The translations under genes and the position numbers were made by a program. Below the pieces are notes generated by a model that was given only the letters and a program-made list of their open reading frames with translations, was not told where the DNA came from and did no database searches. This document shows, piece after piece, positions 8,539 to 18,513 of a stretch of 64,000 bases of DNA. Each line of letters starts with the position of its first letter. Position 1 is the first letter of the stretch. The DNA comes from an uncultured Gemmatimonadales bacterium (GTDB lineage Bacteria > Gemmatimonadota > Gemmatimonadetes > Gemmatimonadales > GWC2-71-9), in contig CAVZZO010000001.1 of assembly GCA_963779755.1 (NCBI GenBank), positions 1,056,001 through 1,120,000 on the forward strand, written 5' to 3'.

Positions 8539-10167
8539 ATGAGTGCCATTCTCTCGATCCCCACCCCCCGCAACGAGCCGGTCCTCAGCTACGCGCCCGG
8601 CACTCCGGCCCGCGCCGAGCTGAAGGACGTGCTGAAGCGGATGGGCGGGGAGATTCCCGAGATTCCCTGTGTCGTCGGCGGCAAGGAGGTCCGCACCGGC
8701 AAGTTGGCGGACGTGGTGGCGCCGCACGATCATCGCCACGTGGTCGCCCGGGTGCACCAGGCCGATGCCGCGACCATCCAGCAGGCGGTGGCGGCCGCCC
8801 GCGAGGCCCAGCGGGAATGGGCCGCCTGGAGCTATCAGGACCGGCTGGCGGTCTTTCTCCGCGCGGCAGACCTGCTGGCCGGCCCCTGGCGGCAGGAAGT
8901 GAACGCCGCCACCATGCTGGGCCAGAGCAAGACGCCCCACCAGGCAGAAATCGACAGCGCCTGCGAACTGATCGACTTTCTGCGTTTCAATCCCTGGTAC
9001 GCCGAACGGATCTACCGGGAGCAGCCGGAGTCGCCCGCCGGCGTCTGGAACCGGATGGACCACCGGCCGCTCGAAGGGTTCGTCTACGCCATCACGCCCT
9101 TCAATTTCACGTCCATCGGCGGCAACCTGCCCACCGCGCCCGCCATGCTGGGCAACGCGGTGCTCTGGAAGCCGGCGGGTACCGCGGTCTACAGCAACTG
9201 GCTGTTCTTCCGGGTCCTGGAGGAGGCGGGCCTGCCGCCCGGTGTGATCAACTTCGTGCCCGGCCCGAGCGGCATGGTGACCGACCTGCTCCTGGCCGAC
9301 CGGCACCTGGCCGGTATCCACTTCACCGGGTCGACCGAGGTCTTTCAGCTGCTGTGGCGGAAGGTCGCCGAGCACCTGGAGGGCTACGCCGGCTATCCCC
9401 GCGTGGTGGGCGAGACCGGCGGGAAGGATTTCATCGTCGCCCATCCCAGCGCCGACCCGGCAGCCCTGGCGGTCGGGATGGTGCGCGGCGCGTTCGAGTA
9501 CCAGGGACAGAAGTGCAGCGCCGCCTCCCGCGCCTACGTGCCGCAGTCGCTCTGGCCCGAGGTGCGGGAGCGGGTCCTGGCCATGATGCAGGAAATCCGC
9601 ATGGGAGACGTCACCGACTTCCGCACCTTCATGGGGGCGGTGATCGACGCCCGGGCCTTCCAGCGGCTCAAGGGGTATCTGGACGAAGCCGCCGGGGCGA
9701 AGGGCGTCAGCGTTCTCGCCGGCGGAAAGTGCGACGACCGCACCGGCTGGTTCGTCGAGCCGACCCTGCTCCAGGTGGAAGACCCGCGCTACCGCACCAT
9801 GTGCGAGGAGCTGTTCGGGCCGGTGCTGACCCTGCACGTCTACCCGGACGCCCGCTGGTCCGAGACGCTCGATCTGGTCGACAGCACCAGCCCCTACGCG
9901 CTCACCGGCGCCGTCTTCGCGCGCGACCGGCGGGCCGTGGTGGAAGCGGAAGCCCGGTTGCGGAACGCGGCGGGCAACTTCTACATCAACGATAAGCCGA
10001 CCGGCGCGGTGGTGGGCCAGCAGCCGTTTGGCGGCGCCCGCGCCAGCGGCACCAACGATAAGGCGGGCTCCATGCTGAACCTGATCCGCTGGATCAGCCC
10101 CCGGTCGATCAAGGAAACTTTCGTGCCGCCGGCGGAGTGGACGTATCCGTATATGGGTGAGAAGTGA
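8539..10167 (+). CDS. pruA: L-glutamate gamma-semialdehyde (P5C) dehydrogenase
   Basis: NEPVLSYAPG, PFNFT, FTGST, ETGGKDF, EYQGQKCSA, EELFGP, GQQPFGGARASGTNDKAG. Confidence 0.95.
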   Translation: MSAILSIPTPRNEPVLSYAPGTPARAELKDVLKRMGGEIPEIPCVVGGKEVRTGKLADVVAPHDHRHVVARVHQADAATIQQAVAAAREAQREWAAWSYQDRLAVFLRAADLLAGPWRQEVNAATMLGQSKTPHQAEIDSACELIDFLRFNPWYAERIYREQPESPAGVWNRMDHRPLEGFVYAITPFNFTSIGGNLPTAPAMLGNAVLWKPAGTAVYSNWLFFRVLEEAGLPPGVINFVPGPSGMVTDLLLADRHLAGIHFTGSTEVFQLLWRKVAEHLEGYAGYPRVVGETGGKDFIVAHPSADPAALAVGMVRGAFEYQGQKCSAASRAYVPQSLWPEVRERVLAMMQEIRMGDVTDFRTFMGAVIDARAFQRLKGYLDEAAGAKGVSVLAGGKCDDRTGWFVEPTLLQVEDPRYRTMCEELFGPVLTLHVYPDARWSETLDLVDSTSPYALTGAVFARDRRAVVEAEARLRNAAGNFYINDKPTGAVVGQQPFGGARASGTNDKAGSMLNLIRWISPRSIKETFVPPAEWTYPYMGEK

Positions 10168-10169
10168 GC

Positions 10170-10295
10170 GTGAGGCGTAAAACGTGAGACGTAAGGCGTG
10201 AGGGGTGAGGCGTAAGACGTGAGGTGTGAGGCGTGAGGGGTGAGGGGTAAGGTGTAAGACGCGAGGCGTAAGACGTGAGGCGTGAGGAGTGAGAT
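10170..10295. repeat. Degenerate heptamer tandem array (GTGAGGC/GTAAGAC variants), 18 units
   Basis: 18 in-register 7-mers directly after the pruA stop. Confidence 0.95.
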
Positions 10296-10346
10296 GTCAG
10301 CCGGCGTGACCGCGTAGCTCGCACGTCTTCGGCAACGGTACCGGGT

Positions 10347-10721
10347 ATGTCTACCATTCTCGTCCCCCCTCCCAAGCCGCCGCGCTTCGAGCCGCCCTAC
10401 AGTCCCTGGCGGGGGGCGGTGCGAGCACTCGGCGTTACCGGCTTCCTGTTGTTTCTGGTTCTGGGGGCCATGGTGATGACCGAGAACAAGGTCCCGTGGC
10501 CGATTACCGTTTTCGAGCTGGTGGGGGCGGGCTTTCTGGCCCTGCTGCTGGCCTGGCGCCTGGAGTTGCTCGGCGGCCTCCTGCTCACCGGCAGTATGGT
10601 CCTCGCCATCATCTGGTTGCCCCCCAGTCTCGACACATGGCGGCCCTGGTTTCTGGCGCTCGAGGTCTTCCTCGGGCTGGTCGGCGTCCTGCTCGTCCTG
10701 CTTCCCCGGAGCCACTCCTGA
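10347..10721 (+). CDS. Hypothetical four-TM membrane protein
   Basis: Four hydrophobic segments; typical codon usage. Confidence 0.7.
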   Translation: MSTILVPPPKPPRFEPPYSPWRGAVRALGVTGFLLFLVLGAMVMTENKVPWPITVFELVGAGFLALLLAWRLELLGGLLLTGSMVLAIIWLPPSLDTWRPWFLALEVFLGLVGVLLVLLPRSHS

Positions 10722-10750
10722 TCGCGCCGTCCGGCCTGGCCCTGGCCGGG

Positions 10751-11500
10751 ATGCTCCTGGCGGGCACCACGGCGGCGCAGCAGCCCGGGATCTCGTATGG
10801 AGCCGGGCAGTTGAACGAAACCGGCTGGCGCCAGACGGTCGTCGCGGTGGTCACGACCCACGCCGGGCGCAGCATGGCCCGCGATACCCTGGAGCGCGAG
10901 GGCCGGCTGAGCCTCCAGGCGACGCCGGCAGTGGAAGGCCTCCGGATCCGGACCTGGTTCGACAGTCTGCTGCTCCGGCGCAGCTCCGCGACCGGCACCC
11001 TGCGGCCCGATACCGACGGGCTCATCGGGGGTCGCTATACCGGAATCCTGAGCCCGGACGGCCGCTATACGGCCTTACGGACGCCGTTTCTCCCCCAGGA
11101 AACTCTGGAGGTCGAGGACCTCTCCGGCGTGGCTGCCGACCTTCTGCCCCGGCTGCCCCCGATGCCGCTGCGCCCCGGTGCGCGCTGGCAGGACAGCTCG
11201 GGTACGCTCACCATCACCCGCCTCGGTGACAGCGCGGCGCTGGGCCGTTCCCTGGAACGCTACCGGCTGGAGCGGGAAACCGCCGCCACCGAGAGCCGGA
11301 TAACGGCCGACTCGAGCCGCTACGCGGTAAGCCGCAAAGAGACGGAGACCGGCGAATACGTGTGGGATCCGGAGCGGGGGCTGCTTCGCTGGGACCGGGA
11401 GATCCGCTCGCAGGCCGAGATCCCCGCCGGCGGCCCCTTCCCCCGGGCGGTGCGATCGGAGATCCGGCAGCGGATCCGGGTGGAACGGATCGAGGACTGA
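10751..11500 (+). CDS. Hypothetical exported protein (start uncertain, may be about 10718)
   Basis: Signal-peptide-like LALAGMLLAGTTAAQQ followed by a beta-rich soluble domain. Confidence 0.65.
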   Translation: MLLAGTTAAQQPGISYGAGQLNETGWRQTVVAVVTTHAGRSMARDTLEREGRLSLQATPAVEGLRIRTWFDSLLLRRSSATGTLRPDTDGLIGGRYTGILSPDGRYTALRTPFLPQETLEVEDLSGVAADLLPRLPPMPLRPGARWQDSSGTLTITRLGDSAALGRSLERYRLERETAATESRITADSSRYAVSRKETETGEYVWDPERGLLRWDREIRSQAEIPAGGPFPRAVRSEIRQRIRVERIED

Positions 11501-11543
11501 AGGTCGGCGCACCAAGCCTGGCTGCGGCAGCCGCTCGGTACCC

Positions 11544-11573
11544 TTGACGCGGAGTACTTTGTGACGTAAAGTA
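11544..11573 (+). promoter_or_regulatory. Sigma70 promoter overlapped by a palindromic operator
   Basis: TTGACG-N17-TAAAGT; inverted repeat TACTTT-N7-AAAGTA at 11555-11573. Confidence 0.7.
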
Positions 11574-11641
11574 ACCCCGATACAATGGCTCCGGAACGGC
11601 AGTCCCTCCAGGCCCAACTCTCTCCCCGAGGGGAGCACCGC

Positions 11642-13396
11642 ATGCGATTCCCTTCCATAGATGCCCTGGCGCGTCACGCGCGCTCGGCCCTGACGCGGTT
11701 TCCCTGGACCATGGCGGCGGCGACGGTGGCGACGGTGGCGGGAATGGTGGCCGTGGGGCACGGAGGCCGGGACCAGTGGGTGCGGCTCACCATGGTGGCC
11801 CTGCTGGGCCTGCCGCTCACGATGGCCGTGAGCCTGCTGGGCTGGCGCCGAGGCTGGGCCGGGGTGAAAACGGGCCTGGTCCAGGTGGCGGGAATCCTCG
11901 TGCTGGCGGCGTTCTACTTCGCCTGGCCCGGCCCGGAGGAAAAGCACAACGCCATTCGCTATTTCCAGCTGAGCGCCGGGCTGCACCTGCTGGTGGCCTT
12001 TCTGCCGTTTGGGGGCGAACGGGACCAGCCGGCGTTCTGGCAATACAACCGCCGTCTGTTCGAAGGCTTCCTGCGGGCGGCCTTGTTCTCCGCCGTGCTC
12101 TTCCTCGGCCTGGCCGTCGCCCTGGTGTCGCTGGACCAGCTGTTCGGCGTCCGGGTTCCGGAGGAGGCCTACGGACGACTCTGGATCCTGCTGGCCTTTC
12201 TGGTCCACCCCTGGATTTTCGCCAGCGGCCTGCCGAAGGAAGTCGGAGACCTGACGCAGGCGAGAGACTATCCCCGCGGCCTCAAGATCTTTACCCAGTA
12301 CGTGCTCACGCCGCTGGTCGCGATCTATCTCGTGATGCTGACCGCCTACCTGGGGAAGATCGTCATCAGCGGATCCTGGCCCAGCGGATGGGTGGGGTAT
12401 CTGGTGGCCAGCGTGGCGGTGACGGGAGTGCTCGGCTTCCTCCTGGTCCACCCGCTGCGGCTGGAGCAGGGCGAGGCCTGGATCCGGACCTACTCACGCT
12501 GGCTCTTCATCGGGCTGATTCCGGCCGCGATCATGTTTCTGCTCGCGCTGTGGAAACGGGCGGAGCCCTACGGTCTGACGGAGCTGCGGGTACTGGGATT
12601 CCTGCTGGGTGGGTGGCTGCTGGGGCTGGCGCTGTTCTATACGCTGCGCCGCAATTCCGGTATCCGGGTCATTCCGGTCTCACTGGCGGCGATTCTGCTG
12701 CTGTCGCTGTACGGTCCCGCCAGCGCTACCCGGATCGCCCTCAGGAGCCAGGCGGCCCGGCTGCGGGCCCTGCTGCAGGACGCCGGCCCGAAGGCGGCGG
12801 CCGAGGCCCGGACCCGGGAGATCAGTGCGGCGGCGCGGTTTCTTCTGGAGCACGGCGCGCAGCACGAGCTGCGCCAGGCGCTGCGACGGGGAATTCCCCA
12901 GGCGGATTCGCTGCTGGCCGGGAGCGATTCGCTGACCGACAGCACGGTGGCGGCGGTCCTGGGGACGGCGGGTCTGTACTACGAGCCGAGCGCTTCCAAC
13001 TCGCGCGGGTACATCTCGCTGTCGCTCCGGTCCGATTCCTCGGCCGTCGCGATCGCCGGCTACGATTATGAGGCGGAGGTCGGCGGCCCCGGCGAGCGAA
13101 GCGTTTTCGCTGGAGGGGATACCCTGCGGGTGCGCTCCGATTCCGGCGGGGCCGCGGTGGAACTGGTGTTTCCGGGAGCCAATCCCCTGGTGATTCCCCT
13201 CGACTCCGTCCTGCAGCCGCCCGCCCCCGGTGCGATGTGGGAGCGGCAGGTTCCGGCGGCCCGGATGCTGGTGCGGGCTGAGCGGGAGGACCTCCGTGCG
13301 ATGCTGCTGCTGAACTGGATCCGTGCCGAGCGGCAGGCGAATACCCTGCGGGTGACCGAGTGGCGCGGCAGGCTCTATTGGACGGGACGGGAATAG
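11642..13396 (+). CDS. DUF4153/DUF4173-like polytopic membrane protein
   Basis: RFPWT, FWQYN, QYVLTPLVAIYLVMLTAY, YGLTELR, SQAARL; GGAG SD before ATG 11642. Confidence 0.8.
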   Translation: MRFPSIDALARHARSALTRFPWTMAAATVATVAGMVAVGHGGRDQWVRLTMVALLGLPLTMAVSLLGWRRGWAGVKTGLVQVAGILVLAAFYFAWPGPEEKHNAIRYFQLSAGLHLLVAFLPFGGERDQPAFWQYNRRLFEGFLRAALFSAVLFLGLAVALVSLDQLFGVRVPEEAYGRLWILLAFLVHPWIFASGLPKEVGDLTQARDYPRGLKIFTQYVLTPLVAIYLVMLTAYLGKIVISGSWPSGWVGYLVASVAVTGVLGFLLVHPLRLEQGEAWIRTYSRWLFIGLIPAAIMFLLALWKRAEPYGLTELRVLGFLLGGWLLGLALFYTLRRNSGIRVIPVSLAAILLLSLYGPASATRIALRSQAARLRALLQDAGPKAAAEARTREISAAARFLLEHGAQHELRQALRRGIPQADSLLAGSDSLTDSTVAAVLGTAGLYYEPSASNSRGYISLSLRSDSSAVAIAGYDYEAEVGGPGERSVFAGGDTLRVRSDSGGAAVELVFPGANPLVIPLDSVLQPPAPGAMWERQVPAARMLVRAEREDLRAMLLLNWIRAERQANTLRVTEWRGRLYWTGRE

Positions 13397-13532
13397 GACG
13401 GGAAGAAGACGGGAATAGGACGGGAAGAAGACGGGAATAGGACGGGAAGAAGACGGGAATAGGACGGGAACCTGTTTCAGTCCTGCTCCCGTCTTTCTCC
13501 CGTCCTTCTCCCGTCCTATTCCCGTCCTTTTT
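13386..13532. repeat. Alternating 11-mer array with inverted copies between convergent genes
   Basis: GACGGGAATAG/GACGGGAAGAA, seven full units plus a partial (13386-13470), then four inverted TCCCGTC units (13486-13526) and TTTTT. Confidence 0.93.
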
Positions 13533-15118
13533 CAGTGTGCCGGTCCTCCCCCCATCACCTTGCCCGTCCGGAACAGCAGCAGCAGCGGCAGCGCCGCGGT
13601 GAAGGTGATCCCCATGAGCAGGAAGATCTTCTCGAAGGCCAGCACGGACGCCTGCCTGCTCACCAGGTGATCCATCAGCGCCAGGGCATGCCGGCTGGCT
13701 TCCGCGGCCGTCTCCCCCATGCGCTGGAACTTGTGGGTCGCGCCGGCCATCCAGTTCTGCACGGCGGTACCCGAATCGGTCACGTGGGCGGCCAGCGCGG
13801 TGCGGCTCTGTTCGCCGAAGTGCCGGATCAGCGTGGCGGTGACGGCGATGCCCATGCTTCCGCCCAGCTGGCGCGAGAGGTTGAACAGGCCGGTGCCCTG
13901 GGGGATCCGGGCCGGCGCCAGGGTCGCGACCGCGGCATTGGTGAGCGGCACGAAGATGAGCCCCAGGCCCACCCCGCGCAGGATCATGGGCCAGAACAGG
14001 TCGTGCATGCCGATGTCGGTGGTAAAGTGGTAGTGCATCCACATGGCCCAGAGGAACAGCAGCACCCCCACGGTGATCGATGCCCGGGCATCGATCCGGT
14101 TGGCGAAGCGTCCGGCCACCGCCATGGTGGCGGCGCTGGCGAGGGCGCCGGGGAGGATCACCTTGCCGGTGTCCCAGGCCGAGTAGCCCAGCAGCGTCTG
14201 GAGGAACACCGGCAGGGCGAACACGCTGGCGTAGAGCGCGAAGCCGAGGATGGCGCCGAAGATGACGCCGGCGGCGAGCTGCCGGTCGCGCAGGACGTGG
14301 AGGTCCACCACGGGGTGATCGGCGGTCAGCTCGCGCCAGATGAAGCAGAGGACGCCCAGCGCGGCCAGCATCCCCTCCACGACGATCTCCCGGGAGGAGA
14401 ACCAGTCGTGCGCCTCGCCGCGCTCCAGCATGATCTGCAGCGCCCCGATGCCCACGATGAGCAATGCCAGCCCAAGCCAGTCCACCCGGTCCGACCGCTC
14501 CACCTTGTGCCCCGGCTCCGGCACGAACTGCCAGCAGAGCAGCGCGGCCATGATGCCCAGCGGGATGTTGATGTAGAAGATCCAGGGCCAGGAATAATTG
14601 TCGGTGATCCATCCGCCCAGCGTGGGCCCGAGCGTGGGGCCGACCATCACGCCCATGCCGAAGATGGCCATGGCGGTGCCCCGCTCCTCCAGCGGGAACA
14701 CGTCGAACAGAATGGCCTGGGCGGTGGAGATGAGCGCGCCGCCGCCCAGTCCCTGGACCACCCGCCAGAACACCAGCGATTCCAGGGTATGGGCGTTCCC
14801 GGCGAAGAAGGAGGCCAGGGTGAACAGGGCGATCGAGCCGGTGTAGTAATTGCGCCGCCCGAACCGGTCCGAAAACCAGCTGGTGAGCGGCAGCACGATC
14901 ACGTTGGCCACGATGTAGCCCGTGCTGACCCAGGCGATTTCTTCCAGCGTGGCGCCCAGGTTCCCCATCATGTGGGGAATGGCCACATTCACGATGCTGG
15001 TATCCACCAGCTCCAGCACGCTCGCCAGCGTGACCGCAAACGCGATCAGGTACCGGTTGCGATAGACCGACGCGCGGTCGATGCCGGCGCCGGGGAAGGG
15101 CAGGACGGCAGAGCTCAT
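13532..15118 (-). CDS. emrB: DHA2 family MFS efflux permease
   Basis: ELVDTSIVNVAIP, SDRFGRR, GPTLGPTLGGWITDNYSWPWIFYINIP. Confidence 0.92.
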   Translation of the reverse strand: MSSAVLPFPGAGIDRASVYRNRYLIAFAVTLASVLELVDTSIVNVAIPHMMGNLGATLEEIAWVSTGYIVANVIVLPLTSWFSDRFGRRNYYTGSIALFTLASFFAGNAHTLESLVFWRVVQGLGGGALISTAQAILFDVFPLEERGTAMAIFGMGVMVGPTLGPTLGGWITDNYSWPWIFYINIPLGIMAALLCWQFVPEPGHKVERSDRVDWLGLALLIVGIGALQIMLERGEAHDWFSSREIVVEGMLAALGVLCFIWRELTADHPVVDLHVLRDRQLAAGVIFGAILGFALYASVFALPVFLQTLLGYSAWDTGKVILPGALASAATMAVAGRFANRIDARASITVGVLLFLWAMWMHYHFTTDIGMHDLFWPMILRGVGLGLIFVPLTNAAVATLAPARIPQGTGLFNLSRQLGGSMGIAVTATLIRHFGEQSRTALAAHVTDSGTAVQNWMAGATHKFQRMGETAAEASRHALALMDHLVSRQASVLAFEKIFLLMGITFTAALPLLLLFRTGKVMGGGPAH

Positions 15119-16224
15119 GAACCGGCTTTGGTATTGATCGTGACCTGTACCGACATGCCGGGACGAAGCGGGTAGCCCGGCTCGCTGCCCTTCACCCGGA
15201 TGCGCACCGGGACCCGCTGAACAACCTTGGTGAAGTTGCCGGTGGCGTTGTCGGGCGGCAGCAGCGCGAATTTGGCGCCGGTCGCCGGGCTGATGCTCTC
15301 CACCGTGCCCTGGAACTCATGCCCGCCGTAGGCGTCCACCGTGAAACTGGCCGGTTGCCCCGGGCGGATGTCCTCCAACTGGGTTTCCTTCAGGTTTGCC
15401 GTCACCCAGACGTCGCTCAGCGGCACCAGGGTCATCAGGTCCTGCCCCACCTGTACCAGCTCGCCCGGTTCGATGCTGCGCTCGGCGATGATGCCGGAGT
15501 CGGGGGCGGTGATGACGGTATAGCTGAGCTGCAGCCGCGCGTTATCCACCGCCGACTGGGCCGCGGCTACCCGCGCGCTGGCGCCCCGCAACGCCGCCTC
15601 GGCCGAGGAGACGTTGCTGCCCATGGCGGAAGCCTGCCGCCGCGCCGCCTCCAACCGCGCCGCGGCCGCGTCATACGCGCTCTGCGCGGCGTCGAGCTGC
15701 TGCGGCGAGATGATGTGCTGCTCGGCCAGGCCCTGGTAGCGCCGCAGGTCGGACTCGGCCTTACGCATGTCCGCCTCGGCCGAGGCCACGGTCGCGCCGG
15801 CGCTGGCTGCGGAGGCCCGGCTGCTCATCAGCTGGGCCTGCGCCTGGCCGGCTCGCGTGCTGCTGCCCGCCTGGCTCAGCGCCGCCGCGAGGTCGGCCTC
15901 GGCCAGCTTCAGCTTGAGCTGCAGGTCGCGCGAATCGAGCGTCACCAGCGTGTCGCCCGTCCTCACCCGCTGATTGTCGTCCACCCAGACGGAATCCGCG
16001 AAGGCCTGGACCTTGGGGGCGATGGGTGTGAGGTGACCGTCGATCTGGGCGTTGTCGGTGGTGACGTGGGTGCGGCCGTAGAGGTACTTGTGCACGCCCC
16101 AGACCGCCGCCGCCACGACCACGACGGCCACGATGATGAGCCGCAGGCGTCCCCGGCGTGCCGGAGCCTCGGGGGCAGACTCGGCCGCGGGATCGCTGTC
16201 CTTCATGCGAACTTGGGTTGCCAT
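15115..16224 (-). CDS. emrA: EmrA/HlyD membrane fusion protein
   Basis: TDNAQI..., FALLPPDNATGNFTKVVQRVPVRI, LRPGMS. Confidence 0.92.
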   Translation of the reverse strand: MATQVRMKDSDPAAESAPEAPARRGRLRLIIVAVVVVAAAVWGVHKYLYGRTHVTTDNAQIDGHLTPIAPKVQAFADSVWVDDNQRVRTGDTLVTLDSRDLQLKLKLAEADLAAALSQAGSSTRAGQAQAQLMSSRASAASAGATVASAEADMRKAESDLRRYQGLAEQHIISPQQLDAAQSAYDAAAARLEAARRQASAMGSNVSSAEAALRGASARVAAAQSAVDNARLQLSYTVITAPDSGIIAERSIEPGELVQVGQDLMTLVPLSDVWVTANLKETQLEDIRPGQPASFTVDAYGGHEFQGTVESISPATGAKFALLPPDNATGNFTKVVQRVPVRIRVKGSEPGYPLRPGMSVQVTINTKAGS

Positions 16225-16301
16225 GGCGTCAGTGTCTTTCCGTTCTTCGCGGGCGGGGGGGCCGCCCTGGGTTCGTCGTTATTCCGGCCGTCTCCGGCCG
16301 C

Positions 16302-17612
16302 CTACTGTACCTGGTCGAGAATGCCCAGCGCGCGGTACGCGGTTACGCGGGCCGACCCCAGCCGGACCTCCGCCTGTATCAGGCCGTCGCGGGCCGCGAT
16401 GACCGACCCCTGGGCGTTGGTCGTTTCCACGCTGCCGGCCACGCCGGCCCGGAACCGCTGATTGGCCTGATCCAGTTCCTGCAGGGCGAGCTGCAGCCGC
16501 TCCTGTGCCAGATCCACCTGTTGCCGGGCGGAGCCGAGGTCGAGCAGCGCCTTGCGCACCTCCGTCTCCACCTGCCGCGCCAGATCCTGCTCCCGGATCC
16601 GTTGCGCCTCCAGCCGGAGCGACTGCTCCTGCGCCCGCACCGGGCGCCGCAGGCCGTCGAAGAGTGGAACGGCGAGGCCGATCTGCACGTTCCACGAGCC
16701 GGCCAGCCCGCTCACGCTCTGGCCCGACTGCTGGTAGAAGCCGCTCGCCGCGAGACTGGGCAGATTCTCGTACTTGATGGCCTTGAGCGAGCGCTCCACC
16801 ACCTGCGTCCGCCGGTGCTCCGCCGCCATCTCGGGCCGGTGCCCCAGCGCGAACTCCACGGCGGAATCGGGCGGCACGGGAAGATCCTCCGGGGCCGGCA
16901 GGAGGGAGTCGGCCAGCGCCAGGGGCTCGGCGGGCGGCAGGTTGAGCGCGCGCTTGAGGTCCAGCATGGCCTGGTCGCGGTCGTTGCGGGCGATGACCAG
17001 CTGGGCCCGTACCGCCGCGAAGTTCACCTGGTTGCGGGTCACGTCAATCACCGGGCTCACGCCGGCATCGAACTGCTGCTGCGCCACATGCAGCAGGTCG
17101 GCCGATACGGCGCTGTCGGCCTGGCGGGCGTGAACGGTTGCCACGGTGCTCTGAGCCCGCAGGTAGGCCAGCCCGGCGGTGGCGGCGGTCAGCTCACCCA
17201 CCGACCGGGCGTCGAGGCCCGCGGCGGCCGCGGAATCGCCGGCGGCGCGCAGGCGTTCGATGGTCGAGGCGTTGAAGAGCACCTGCGACGCGCGAACCTG
17301 CAGCCGGTAGATGCTGAACGGATCGGTCACCCCGCTGGCGATGGGCAGGCCGAACTCGTCCAGGTTCAGCGTCTGCCGGGTCAGGCTGGCCGATCCGTCG
17401 ATCTGCGGGAGCAGGTCGGCCCGGCGCAGGGCCACCTTGCGCCCGGCGCCGCTGGCGCCGATGCGGGCCAGGGCGGCGTCGACTCCGCGCTCCCGCCCCA
17501 GCCTGATGGCCTGGCTCAGCGTCAGCGGCCCGTTGAGCGGCGAAGCGGGAGCCTGGGCCAGCGCCGGCAGCGGCAGCGCCAGCAGGAGAGCGGCGAAACG
17601 TACGGCGTGCAT
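16302..17612 (-). CDS. TolC family outer membrane efflux protein
   Basis: Signal peptide, LTLSQAI, two OEP repeats, VPLFDG; in operon with emrAB. Confidence 0.9.
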   Translation of the reverse strand: MHAVRFAALLLALPLPALAQAPASPLNGPLTLSQAIRLGRERGVDAALARIGASGAGRKVALRRADLLPQIDGSASLTRQTLNLDEFGLPIASGVTDPFSIYRLQVRASQVLFNASTIERLRAAGDSAAAAGLDARSVGELTAATAGLAYLRAQSTVATVHARQADSAVSADLLHVAQQQFDAGVSPVIDVTRNQVNFAAVRAQLVIARNDRDQAMLDLKRALNLPPAEPLALADSLLPAPEDLPVPPDSAVEFALGHRPEMAAEHRRTQVVERSLKAIKYENLPSLAASGFYQQSGQSVSGLAGSWNVQIGLAVPLFDGLRRPVRAQEQSLRLEAQRIREQDLARQVETEVRKALLDLGSARQQVDLAQERLQLALQELDQANQRFRAGVAGSVETTNAQGSVIAARDGLIQAEVRLGSARVTAYRALGILDQVQ

Positions 17613-17614
17613 GG

Positions 17615-18277
17615 TCAGTCCTTGGTTGCGCCGGCGGCGCGAGGAAGAAGGCCGTTGAGGATGAGATCCAGCGCGCCCTCCAGCACTTCCTCATCCGTCG
17701 GCGTATCGGGATCGAACGCGCTGAAGAGGCAGCGATGCTGGGCGAACTGGACCAGCGTGAGCGGAATGGTCCGGGCCACAAACCGGGTATTGACCGGGCG
17801 GAATTCGCCGGCGGCAATGCCTCGCTCCAACGTCTGAATCAGGAGGCGGCGGGAGCGGAGAACTACTTCGTCGAAGTAGAACCGGGCCAACTCGGGGAAG
17901 TGGCCCAGCTCGGAGTGGACCAGCCGCGACATGCGCGCCATATCCTCGCTCCGGACACTCTGCCAGAAACGCCGGATCAGCGCGATCAGCAACTCACGGG
18001 CGCTGCCGGTATGGGTGCGGACCAGCTCCTCGCCCGCCTGGATGATGGGTACCTTCCGGGCGCGGACCATCTCCCGGAACAGGGTCTCCTTGGAATCGAA
18101 ATAGAGATACACCGTTCCCTTGCTGACGCCGGCCTTCCGGGCCACATCCTCCAGCCTGGTCTCGGCATAGCCGCGCTCGGCGAACATGGCGTGAGCGGCG
18201 TCGATGATCTCCTCGGGCCGGGCATCCGGGCGGCGGCGCCACTTGGGGTTCTTCGGGCTTGTTTCGGGCGTATCCAT
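17615..18277 (-). CDS. TetR/AcrR family regulator
   Basis: HTH LEDVARKAGVSKGTVYLYFDSKE; AGGAG SD at 18287-18291 favours ATG 18277. Confidence 0.93.
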   Translation of the reverse strand: MDTPETSPKNPKWRRRPDARPEEIIDAAHAMFAERGYAETRLEDVARKAGVSKGTVYLYFDSKETLFREMVRARKVPIIQAGEELVRTHTGSARELLIALIRRFWQSVRSEDMARMSRLVHSELGHFPELARFYFDEVVLRSRRLLIQTLERGIAAGEFRPVNTRFVARTIPLTLVQFAQHRCLFSAFDPDTPTDEEVLEGALDLILNGLLPRAAGATKD

Positions 18278-18293
18278 CTTGAACAACTCCTAA

Positions 18294-18337
18294 TAACTGA
18301 CCGGGCAGTAATGTATAAATGACTGATTGGTCGTCAA
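18294..18337 (-). promoter_or_regulatory. tetR operon promoter with two TetR-type operators
   Basis: TTGACG-N16-TACATT; imperfect palindromes ACTGACCGGGCAGT and TGACTGATTGGTCGTCA. Confidence 0.7.
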
Positions 18338-18513
18338 GAGGGGGAATACGGGGAACGGGAAACCGCCCGAAGACCAAAGGAAAGACACGAAGACCGGGGA
18401 GAATGTGACTGCAGGGAGGCGCAGGGTCGTTTGTGCGTCCTTCTCCTTCTCCTCTCTTGCTGCACCCCGCGTGACGTCGTAGTATTTCCCAACCCCTCCG
18501 TCGAGGCCTGCCG

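Noticed and set aside
13386..13470. CRISPR-like repeat array (also 10170-10295)
   Set aside because: Units are 7-11 nt with no unique spacers and no cas genes
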